A DNA stretch of 59,255 bases. Source: Muribaculaceae bacterium (GTDB lineage Bacteria; Bacteroidota; Bacteroidia; Bacteroidales; Muribaculaceae). The position numbers and the translations under genes were made by a program. Positions 40,609 through 48,848 of the stretch are shown piece by piece. A model generated the notes under the pieces. That model had not been told where the DNA came from, searched no databases, and saw only the letters and a list, made by a program, of their open reading frames with translations. Positions within the stretch are counted from its first letter, which is position 1, and each line of letters opens with the position of its first letter. The stretch spans positions 1 to 59,255 of the forward strand of contig JAFLTK010000343.1 of assembly GCA_022511505.1 (NCBI GenBank), read 5' to 3'.

Positions 40609-43482
40609 TTAGAATTCAAGATGTAACGAGAAGAGGATGGTGTAGATGTTGCGCGACGAGGAGACGATAGTGCCGTCGGGGAGTCGCACGGGGTTATAGA
40701 GGGTGTTCCATGTTCCGGTCACGCCGAGGAAGAAGTTGTGGGTGATGAGGTAGGTGAAATCAGCGCCAACCATACCGTTGATGTGGGACAAGTCTTTCAG
40801 TGCCGACTGGTCAAAGAATGTCAACTCGGGGAACGTACCAAAGCCGGCCATCAAGCCAACCGACGATATATTATCCTCGTTGATAAACAGTTTGCCTTTC
40901 CATGCCAGATTGTAGTAGAGACCCTTGTTGAGGAAACTCAGGTCGAGGCCGAGCGAGGTGTAGATGCGCTCAAACGACTTGGCGGCCATCGGTGTCAGGA
41001 TAATCAAATTGTATTTCTTATACTCAACCTGAGAGTCATCGCTGCCGGCCATGTAGAGATAGGTGGGCGCGGTGCGGCGATAGCCGAGTTTGAGCGAGAA
41101 TGTCCAGTCATGGTCGGCCTCATAGTTGGCTTGAATGTTGGCGCCAAACTTGTTGAAGAACTGCGTGCCATAGGAAGCGTTGACCATGCCGCTCCAGCGG
41201 TTGGTGAAAATGTGGTCCCACTGGGCAAGGAACTCAAGGCCGATACCGCCCGACTCGTAGGTCTGGCCCGTGCGATAGCCGTCGACACCCTTGTAACTGA
41301 TTTGACCGGTATAGGTGTTGAGCGTGGTCATGCGGCTATAAGATACCGAGGCGAGCGAGTAGAGGTGGGCGATTGTCGAGAGCTCATCGCTGTGAGCGTC
41401 ATAGAACGCGGCGCTGTAAGAGGCATCGACACGGTTGCGATAACCGCTGTAACGCAGATAGCGCATGTGCTGTTCCCATTCTTCCTGCTCGGCGTTGCTC
41501 GGGTCATAGTTTTTCCTCAGATACTGATAAGCGAGGTCGGGTCGCTTCATCTGCTCGTAGGCGAGACCCTTCAGATAGAGAAGTTCCTTGTTTTCAGGGT
41601 CATACTCGAGCGCGGCGTCGAGACTCTCGAGCGCAAGCTCGGGCTTTTTCTCTTTTAGCAATTCGTTGGCATATTCCTCGGTGATACCGGCGTAGGCGGC
41701 AATAAGCTGCTCGTTGACGTAGGAGTCGGCGGTCACGTCGGGGCGCAACAGCGCGAGCGCTTCGTCCATCTTGCCCTGTTGCTGGAGCGAGATAGCATAT
41801 TTCACAATAAAATAGGGCGTCTCGGGGTAACTCCTGAAACCTCGGGCCGCGTATCGCTGGAATAGTTCTTTCTTCTTTAGCGTTTGGGCCATGTTGATGG
41901 CTGCACGGAGGGCCGCCTCGCTGTTTGGCACAAAGTTGAGCAGGGCCTCGGCCTCGGCGAGTGCTTCTTCATATCGTTCCTCGTCGATGAGCATCTTGAT
42001 GCCGCTTGCGGCCACTTCCTCGTAGGCCATCGTGAAGCGCTGGCTGTAGTCCATGCTAAAGCCGGGGGGCAATCCCTCCTCGCTTTCGCGCAGACCCTCG
42101 ATATACTCCCTGACGACATTGTTGGCCGAGTCATAGAGTTGGCGGGCCTCCTCGAGTCGCTGCATGCGGCCCAGGACGGTGATGCGACGTGCAACGGCGG
42201 CCGGCCATTCTTCGGTAGCCGGCGACAGATTGTTGATGGCGCGACGCAAGTGGAGGTCGGCCGACGCCCACTCGCTGTTACCAATGTCAATGTTGGCGAT
42301 GCGGAGCATGATGCCGGCATAGTCGTCGCGATGCTCCTCGTCGAGAAGGTCGCGGTCGGCAAGACGCTGAAGCACCGACAGCATTGTGTGCTCGGTACCA
42401 AAACGCTTCTCCAACGCATACTCCTTCATGAGCAGCTGGGTGGTATCCATCAAGTGGCGTTTATAGGCCTCTTGGAGCCACTGGTGGGCGTCGCTATAGT
42501 AACCGCGAGTGATTGAGGTGTTCAACAGATAAATCAACGCGTCGCGGTCGCCGGTAGTGTCATACAGACGGCCCGACACATCGTAGGGGTCACGCAGTCG
42601 CGCGTCGGCAACAGCCTCTTGAAGCAGGTTGTTGTAGAGCGGTCCCGTGCGGCCCGTTCGTTTCAACAGCGCCAACGCCTGGGAATAGAGGCCCTTCTCG
42701 GCCATGATACTCGCCGCGAGGTTGACAAGACGGTCGTTGTTTCGGTAGGTCTCGAGTCCGCGCAGGGCGGTACCGATAGCGCGGTCAAAGTCACCCAACT
42801 TATAGTAGGTGTCAACGAGTTCTACATAATACTCGATGTCAGGGTCAACGTCGATATAAAGCTCGAGTTCGCCAACGCGGTCGCGCAACGACTTGTTGGG
42901 CAAGTCTTGCTCCCAGTTGAGGCGGTTTCTCATTCCGAGGTCGCGCTTGATGATAGAGTCGTTGGGATAGATGCGGGCAAGACGACGCAGGGCCTGGTCG
43001 GCCTCCTCCTCGTGTCCTATCTTGTTGTAAAGCGTGATTTTACGACGCCACAGGGTGCGGTCATACGGTTCATACTCGAGCAACTCGTTGATATAACAGA
43101 TTGCACTCGAGAAGTGTTTTGAGTCTTCCTCGACGTCAACAAGCAGTCGACGGGCTTTATAGTGGTGGTCACTTTCCTGTATAGCCTTGACAAGATTGTA
43201 GCGCGACTGCTGCAAGTCACCCTCGGCCTCATAGTAGTAGCGGCCGTTAAGGAAGCGCAGGTCGGGGTCGTCGGGAGCCATTTCAAGACCCTCGTCAATG
43301 ACACGCTTGGCGGCATCCCACGCGTTAGACGATATATAGCCCTCGGCGCGGTCTACATATTCGCGGGCGAGTTGTGCCTCCTCCTTATCGGCGGCAAGGA
43401 CAGTAAACACTCCCGCGACCATCGTGGCCGCGGCCACAATCAACCGTTTCAAGTATATAGATATGTTATTATAATCAAGCAT
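40609..43482 (-). CDS. outer-membrane exopolysaccharide export protein candidate: N-terminal TPR array + C-terminal beta-barrel (PgaA/BcsC/YaiO-like architecture)
   Basis: I moved the start to the ATG at 43482-43480 (MLDYNNISIYLKRLIVAAATMVAGVFTVLAA, a signal peptide). This start overlaps the GT2 stop as ATGCTTGA. About 650 aa of TPR-like repeats are followed by ~300 aa of alternating-hydrophobic beta strands ending ...ILFSLHLEF (terminal Phe, typical of OM barrels). Confidence 0.75.
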   Translation of the reverse strand: MLDYNNISIYLKRLIVAAATMVAGVFTVLAADKEEAQLAREYVDRAEGYISSNAWDAAKRVIDEGLEMAPDDPDLRFLNGRYYYEAEGDLQQSRYNLVKAIQESDHHYKARRLLVDVEEDSKHFSSAICYINELLEYEPYDRTLWRRKITLYNKIGHEEEADQALRRLARIYPNDSIIKRDLGMRNRLNWEQDLPNKSLRDRVGELELYIDVDPDIEYYVELVDTYYKLGDFDRAIGTALRGLETYRNNDRLVNLAASIMAEKGLYSQALALLKRTGRTGPLYNNLLQEAVADARLRDPYDVSGRLYDTTGDRDALIYLLNTSITRGYYSDAHQWLQEAYKRHLMDTTQLLMKEYALEKRFGTEHTMLSVLQRLADRDLLDEEHRDDYAGIMLRIANIDIGNSEWASADLHLRRAINNLSPATEEWPAAVARRITVLGRMQRLEEARQLYDSANNVVREYIEGLRESEEGLPPGFSMDYSQRFTMAYEEVAASGIKMLIDEERYEEALAEAEALLNFVPNSEAALRAAINMAQTLKKKELFQRYAARGFRSYPETPYFIVKYAISLQQQGKMDEALALLRPDVTADSYVNEQLIAAYAGITEEYANELLKEKKPELALESLDAALEYDPENKELLYLKGLAYEQMKRPDLAYQYLRKNYDPSNAEQEEWEQHMRYLRYSGYRNRVDASYSAAFYDAHSDELSTIAHLYSLASVSYSRMTTLNTYTGQISYKGVDGYRTGQTYESGGIGLEFLAQWDHIFTNRWSGMVNASYGTQFFNKFGANIQANYEADHDWTFSLKLGYRRTAPTYLYMAGSDDSQVEYKKYNLIILTPMAAKSFERIYTSLGLDLSFLNKGLYYNLAWKGKLFINEDNISSVGLMAGFGTFPELTFFDQSALKDLSHINGMVGADFTYLITHNFFLGVTGTWNTLYNPVRLPDGTIVSSSRNIYTILFSLHLEF

Positions 43483-44974
43483 TAGCCGGTGTTGCATTAA
43501 TTTCGTTTGAGCCCTCATCGGTATCTTGCTGGCCGCCACGCTTGGGCTGTGTACCCGAACCGCTTCGTTTAATAGTCTTCCAGACCGCCGTAGAGTTACG
43601 AACGTAGTTGAAGTAACCGACGGCCGAGCAGAATGTAATAAACGGGTGGAACAGGAACGGCTCGGTGATACCGGCAAGGAACAACTTCAGGTAAGAGAGA
43701 GGGGTATTGTGCCAGTTGACCGACTTGGTCGCATAGTCAAACGCCAAGACGATAAGCACAATCGAGACCGTGAAGCCGTAAATCATCATATAGATGATGA
43801 ACACGGTGTTCCAGTTGACGGCGCCAATCAAGATGAGCCAAAGCATGAAGAAGAAACCCATGATCTCAAGAATCGGGGCAAGGAACTCAAAGAAGAAGAT
43901 GTAGGGGAGCACCATCGTTCCATGGCGCCCGTATCGATGGTTAAAGAAAAGTTTGCGGTGGTTGGAAACAATCTCGCAGAGGCCTCGCGCCCAGCGTGTG
44001 CGCTGACGGTAAAGCATTCGGATTGTGAACGGGCCCTCGGTCCAGCAGCACACCTGCGGAACCTGTGTGACGCGGAACTCGCGACCGGCGTTGCGCATAT
44101 AAGTAACCATGCGCAGAAGCATGTCGACGTCCTCGGCCATCGACATCTGGTCATATCCGCCCGACTTCACCACGACCTCGGTGTCAAACAGACCGAAACC
44201 GCCCGAAATATTGGACAGAGTGTTAATCGACGACCATCCCATCTTACCGTTCAAGAACGAGCGCATATATTCCAACTGCTGCCAGGCGGTAATCGGGTTG
44301 TTGGGAACGGCGGCTTTCACAACGCGACCATCCTCAATCTTACAGCCGTTGGACATGAGCATCGTCGCGCTCACACCCATCATGGGATAGTGGGAGTTAA
44401 CAACGAGCCACATCATTCGATACACGGCCATCGGTTCCACGATGCAATCCACATCGGTGTTGATGAAATACTTGGCGTCAGAAATGTTGATACCGGCATT
44501 GATACCGTCACTCTTTCGTCCACCGTGCTCCTTGTCGACAACGATTAGTTGCTTATACTCCTCGCGGCGAGAGCGGTACACCTTTTTAATAGGCTGGGAG
44601 GGCACGCGGTTGGTATTTGTAAACGGCACCTCAATCATCGAGAACTCGTCGAGAAGATACTCCATGGTTTTGTCGGTACTCGCGTCGTTTACAATAATAA
44701 TGTCAAAGTTTGGATAGTAGACGTTAAGTAGAGAACGAACGTTATCGATAATGGTCACCTCCTCGTTGTAGGCCGATGCGATAATCGACACCTTGGGAGT
44801 CAAGGGCGACGATTTCAGCATGTAGCGGATTGTCTCGTCTTTGGGCAGGGTGATGCGAAGGTTGCGCTGGGCGCGCATGCTGCTGATAGCCAGCAACAGC
44901 ATCGCAATCATTGCCGTCGCGGTGTAGAAGAAGATGAAGTATTCAAATAGAAAGTATATCGTTCTCCAAATCAT
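43475..44974 (-). CDS. processive family-2 glycosyltransferase (membrane-embedded polysaccharide synthase, PgaC/IcaA/BcsA-like)
   Basis: 499 aa. An N-terminal TM helix is followed by SIIASAYNEE...IIIVNDASTDKT, DVDCIV (DxD), MAEDVD and the QxxRW motif (YRQRTRWARG). Then come about 4 C-terminal TM helices. Confidence 0.85.
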   Translation of the reverse strand: MIWRTIYFLFEYFIFFYTATAMIAMLLLAISSMRAQRNLRITLPKDETIRYMLKSSPLTPKVSIIASAYNEEVTIIDNVRSLLNVYYPNFDIIIVNDASTDKTMEYLLDEFSMIEVPFTNTNRVPSQPIKKVYRSRREEYKQLIVVDKEHGGRKSDGINAGINISDAKYFINTDVDCIVEPMAVYRMMWLVVNSHYPMMGVSATMLMSNGCKIEDGRVVKAAVPNNPITAWQQLEYMRSFLNGKMGWSSINTLSNISGGFGLFDTEVVVKSGGYDQMSMAEDVDMLLRMVTYMRNAGREFRVTQVPQVCCWTEGPFTIRMLYRQRTRWARGLCEIVSNHRKLFFNHRYGRHGTMVLPYIFFFEFLAPILEIMGFFFMLWLILIGAVNWNTVFIIYMMIYGFTVSIVLIVLAFDYATKSVNWHNTPLSYLKLFLAGITEPFLFHPFITFCSAVGYFNYVRNSTAVWKTIKRSGSGTQPKRGGQQDTDEGSNEINATPANA

Positions 44975-44979
44975 GGTCG

Positions 44980-46263
44980 TTATCCTAAACTATAGATGTT
45001 ATCGCCAAGGTCGGCGCTTGAGTACAGGTCGTTATCACTAAGTTCAATCAGGTCACGAGTCAGCGGGTTGTTGAAGAACTCAAAGAGCGATTTCTCCTCC
45101 TCGTCATTGGCGGCAAGCTGGAGCTCGTGGAAACGAAGGCGCCCCAGCTCGTTGCTGTTATAGAGAGAACGCAGTGCTTCAAAACGCACATGCTGACTGG
45201 TGCTATGTTTATACACGTCGATAAACGCGTCGATGCTCTCGTTCTTGCCGATGCGCGCCAGAGCGTGCATGATAGCCACCTTGGTCTCGTCGGCCTGGGT
45301 CAGGAGCATATCGTTCATCAGGGGCTCGCCGCCTTCATAGCGAAGGTAGCCCCACGTGCGTGAAATTTCTTGGATAAGTTCAGTGTCACTGTCGTGCTGA
45401 AACAGGTCTTCAAGCTCGTTGCAATACTCCTTTTGGTCAAACTGACGCATCAGGCGGATGAAGACACACTGTGTAGAGGGATTTTTCTGGATATATGCCC
45501 AGTGGGCAAGGTTGGGAATCTGTCGCTTGGCGTTGCGACGGCGCTGCAACACATAGCCGAGCTGAATCTCGTCATAGATGCAACAGTTTTCATCAAAGAA
45601 GTCTGACTCAAAATACTGGAGGTCGGTATTAGAGTTGGACATAACCGAGGCATACATCGAAAGTCGACGCAGGCTCTTGCGGCGCGAGTTCATCATTGTG
45701 TTGGCAATCCACTGGTTCACCGGATATTTGAAGGCGCGCATCATGATGAGCGACTCGGCTTTAAAGCGAAGGGCGCCCTTGTTGATGATATCTTCCAGGA
45801 ACTCGCGAAGGCGGAAGATAGCCATCATCGTGTGCAGGTTCTTACGGCGTCCTGCCACCGCGTTTTCGGCGATGCGCTTGTCATAGACCATGCGGCAGAA
45901 AGCCATTTTGTCTTTATTGTTTTTCAGAGGCTGCTTGCCGTCATCCTTGACGTCAAGACGTTCCATGATTGCCTCGCGTGACATATTGACCGGCGATTCC
46001 TCTGAGAGAATATACTCAACAGCCTCGCCATAGCGCTTTTCCATCTTCTCGGCGCGCTTTCTCAGGCGACGGTTGCGCCACGCGCGATACAGAATGTTGA
46101 TAAAGCAGAAAAGTACCAATAAGCACGAAATCGTGAGCGATATCGCGGCAAATTTAATTACCCACGAGAACTCACGAAACTGGTCGAAAAGATATGTGAC
46201 AAAATAGGCAACGTTGCCGGCTACCAAATCCCAGTAATATGCAATAATGTTAATGGTATTCAC
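44980..46263 (-). CDS. membrane-anchored HEAT-repeat-like protein of unknown function
   Basis: 427 aa. Two N-terminal hydrophobic helices are followed by a basic stretch (RNRRLRKRAEKMEKR). The C-terminal region is HEAT-like (VAIMHALARIGKNESIDAFIDVY...VRFEALRSLY). Its stop is 5 nt from the GT2 start. Confidence 0.65.
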   Translation of the reverse strand: MNTINIIAYYWDLVAGNVAYFVTYLFDQFREFSWVIKFAAISLTISCLLVLFCFINILYRAWRNRRLRKRAEKMEKRYGEAVEYILSEESPVNMSREAIMERLDVKDDGKQPLKNNKDKMAFCRMVYDKRIAENAVAGRRKNLHTMMAIFRLREFLEDIINKGALRFKAESLIMMRAFKYPVNQWIANTMMNSRRKSLRRLSMYASVMSNSNTDLQYFESDFFDENCCIYDEIQLGYVLQRRRNAKRQIPNLAHWAYIQKNPSTQCVFIRLMRQFDQKEYCNELEDLFQHDSDTELIQEISRTWGYLRYEGGEPLMNDMLLTQADETKVAIMHALARIGKNESIDAFIDVYKHSTSQHVRFEALRSLYNSNELGRLRFHELQLAANDEEEKSLFEFFNNPLTRDLIELSDNDLYSSADLGDNIYSLG

Positions 46264-46316
46264 TGTGGTTACCTATTTAGTCTTGAAGTGATAATTGATA
46301 TAATCATTGTTTTGGA

Positions 46317-46364
46317 ATATGGTAAATAGCAGTTACCGGTTGAGGCTGCTGCTATTTACCATAT
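46317..46364 (-). terminator. 16-bp perfect hairpin downstream of the lipoprotein gene
   Basis: atatggtaaatagcag (46317-46332) and ctgctatttaccatat (46349-46364) are perfectly complementary. The hairpin lies ~55 nt past the stop at 46417. Confidence 0.45.
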
Positions 46365-46416
46365 ATATTGGTGCAATTAAGCAATTAACGATTCAGTTGA
46401 TTACCTAAACCACTAT

Positions 46417-48207
46417 TTATTTGGGTTCGGGCTTGGGTTCAGGTTTGTTCTCGGGCTGGTTGTGCTTCTTATAGATTTCGTTGTAGGGAGAACCGTTGAG
46501 GTGTTCGCCTTCGCCAACAAATCCGAAGTCATTTACCTGAGAGTCAATGATGTTGACTTTGCAGTCGTCGCCGTTCTTGGCACCACCGTCCTGAGTGAAG
46601 GCGTTGATGTAGTAGTCAGGCTCTTGGTCGAGGAACTCGATAGTCGACTTGTTGAGCCAATACTTGAGTTCGTCAAGCGAGAGGCCGTTGTTGAAGTAGT
46701 TCCAGATTTCGAAGGTGATACCGTCGCCGTTGCAAGTTTCTGCACACCAGTCGATAACAGCCTGGTCGATACCGTCGGTAGTGATGAGGATACCCTCGGG
46801 GAGATATTCGATAGTCAACGTAACAACGAGGTCGCTGCCCTTGAGTTGATATTCGAGTACGTCGGGACCACCGTGGATCATGTGGTTAGCCTCGTGCTTC
46901 ATAACGATTTCCATATCGTCGCCCTCGCAGTAGTACTCAGTGGCCACGGGGATGAAGATGCGAACGTCGGTAGCGGCGCGAACGTGGATTGAGAGGTGTG
47001 ACTCAAGGAGGTCATCGTTCTTCTCGGCAGCGTTGAGGTTAACTTCAACCTCGTTGCTACGGCCTACTACGGGAGTATCAGTCGGCTCGTCACCGGGCTG
47101 TTCGGGCTGTTCAGGCTGTTCGGGCTCGGGATCAACACCAGCGCAAACACCATTACCACCTTGGAGAATTGCTTGCAAGCAATCTTCGCAGAAGGCATCG
47201 GCACCTTCACCGTGGTGATGGCTGTGTTCGTGACCGCATTCTGCGCACTTATCGTCAACGGGAGGTTCAACGGGATCGGGTTCGGGTTCGGGCTCGGGAT
47301 CAACAGTTTCGCCACCCTGATTGCCACCGTTACCGGGGTTCTCGGGAGTTGTACCCTTAGCATAAGCCGGAGTTATCTTAACGATCCAGTCGGTGAAGCA
47401 CCAGTCGCGCTCTACATCTCTAGCCTCGCCGGGGTTATTAACATCCTTATGCATTTCATAATCGAAACCTACATAATAGTCACCATTATATTCAATGATA
47501 TAATAGTTATTGTAATACTTAGGGTTTGTGCCATAAGACTCGTGGAAACCAAACTGATTCTGAGCAGTCATACCGGTTGTAGGCATGTCGGTCATCAAGG
47601 TTGTTCCGACATGCGAAATGCCACAACCATCCTCGCCAAATCCAGTTTTGTTATCTCCATTGTTGAAATTATTAATATGCTCATAAACACCTCCATTAAA
47701 CTGGTCACGTGAATAGATGTCCCACTCGTTTACATAAATATCATTGTAAGCTAAGAGTTTATCCATCTGGTTGGAACCAAGGATTTCATGAACCGTTTCA
47801 TTTCCATCCTTATCGGTGGCTTTGTAGACAGCGTCGCCTTTAAACACCTGCTGTACCCAGTAATTTTCAAAGGGAAGGACTATTTCGTTTTCAACATAAT
47901 GACCGGGCGACAGACGCTTCTTGATTTCCGCAAGATCTGCTTCAGTCAAATCAACATTGGGGATGCAATCCCAGTTCTCATTCCATCTATTACCCTCTGT
48001 GTTATAAGCGCGTGTTCCATAGTCTATGACACGCGAACCGGGGCGAGATGCTTGCAGCGTGACGTTACCCGAATAGGCAACTACATCGGGGGCTTTTGCA
48101 AGACCGATGTTGCCGTCGGACAGCAGCACGTCTTCGTTGGTGCAGGCTACAAATGTGCAACCTACAGCCACAAGGCTTAATGCCAGTGCTGAAATTCTGT
48201 TTTTCAT
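46417..48207 (-). CDS. lipoprotein of unknown function with acidic Pro-rich linkers and a Cys/His cluster
   Basis: 596 aa with a lipobox (LVAVGCTFVAC). Two globular halves are joined by DPEPEPEPDPVEPPVDDKCAECGHEHSHHHGEGADAFCEDCLQAILQGGNGVCAGVDPEPEQPEQPEQPGDEP. The C-terminal tail is KPEPKPEPK. Confidence 0.65.
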   Translation of the reverse strand: MKNRISALALSLVAVGCTFVACTNEDVLLSDGNIGLAKAPDVVAYSGNVTLQASRPGSRVIDYGTRAYNTEGNRWNENWDCIPNVDLTEADLAEIKKRLSPGHYVENEIVLPFENYWVQQVFKGDAVYKATDKDGNETVHEILGSNQMDKLLAYNDIYVNEWDIYSRDQFNGGVYEHINNFNNGDNKTGFGEDGCGISHVGTTLMTDMPTTGMTAQNQFGFHESYGTNPKYYNNYYIIEYNGDYYVGFDYEMHKDVNNPGEARDVERDWCFTDWIVKITPAYAKGTTPENPGNGGNQGGETVDPEPEPEPDPVEPPVDDKCAECGHEHSHHHGEGADAFCEDCLQAILQGGNGVCAGVDPEPEQPEQPEQPGDEPTDTPVVGRSNEVEVNLNAAEKNDDLLESHLSIHVRAATDVRIFIPVATEYYCEGDDMEIVMKHEANHMIHGGPDVLEYQLKGSDLVVTLTIEYLPEGILITTDGIDQAVIDWCAETCNGDGITFEIWNYFNNGLSLDELKYWLNKSTIEFLDQEPDYYINAFTQDGGAKNGDDCKVNIIDSQVNDFGFVGEGEHLNGSPYNEIYKKHNQPENKPEPKPEPK

Positions 48208-48610
48208 AACTAAATGATTTTTAAAATATTGATTACGTTTGTTTATTCATTTTTACCTCGAAATGACCAAATTATTAGCCCTTTTCCGGTGAATTAGATG
48301 CAAAATTACAAAATTGTTGAATTTAAATCAATAAATCTTGTGTTAAAAATAGTTAATAATTCGCGTCTTTTGTTGTCTATGGTCTACACTTCTGTACAAT
48401 CATTTTCAACAGAAGGCCTCGCGGTTGCTCGCGATTTGAATTATTATCAATCGCAAATTTAAAGCATCGTTTTAAACAATGCAAATATTTAGAAACATTT
48501 TTTTCAAATATTTTTCAACAAATGTTCAAAACTCAGCAATAGCGCGCCTTTCCGCGCAGTCCGTCCCTCCGCCGTTTGGCGGCTTCTCATCACCGTTCCG
48601 AGGCCGGTTT

Positions 48611-48635
48611 GGTCGAGGAGGTGGACCTCCTCACG
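48611..48635. repeat. GC-rich hairpin GAGGAG-N-CTCCTC family, copy A
   Basis: ggtcgaggaggtggacctcctcacg, with stem gaggaggt/acctcctc. Related copies are at 51761-51786 and 53929-53954. Confidence 0.6.
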
Positions 48636-48783
48636 TTAACATTCGGGAGGGGAACGGGGGATTTCTTGATATCGCGATTTATCGAGGTGTATCGCGATGT
48701 ATCACGAAACGAGACGCACTACATTCCTCCCCGCTCGCCTCCTCGTCACGGGACGCTCGCGCTCCGGCGCTCCGGCAAGACAT

Positions 48784-48820
48784 GACAAGGGCGCGAAGCC
48801 GATTGCTTCGCGCCCTTGTC
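48784..48820 (-). terminator. 16-bp perfect GC-rich hairpin downstream of the pectinesterase gene
   Basis: gacaagggcgcgaagc / gcttcgcgcccttgtc with a 5-nt loop, ~30 nt past the stop at 48849. No clear U-tract. Confidence 0.45.
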
Positions 48821-48848
48821 TATGACGGGGTGAAACCCGCGAGGGGGT

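Noticed and set aside
43483-43677. 65-codon N-terminal extension of the TPR/beta-barrel ORF (the track starts it at 43677)
   Set aside because: The extension overlaps the 3' end of the GT2 gene in another frame and reads as Ser/Arg/Thr-rich junk. The internal ATG at 43482 gives a proper signal peptide and an ATGCTTGA start/stop overlap typical of coupled genes.
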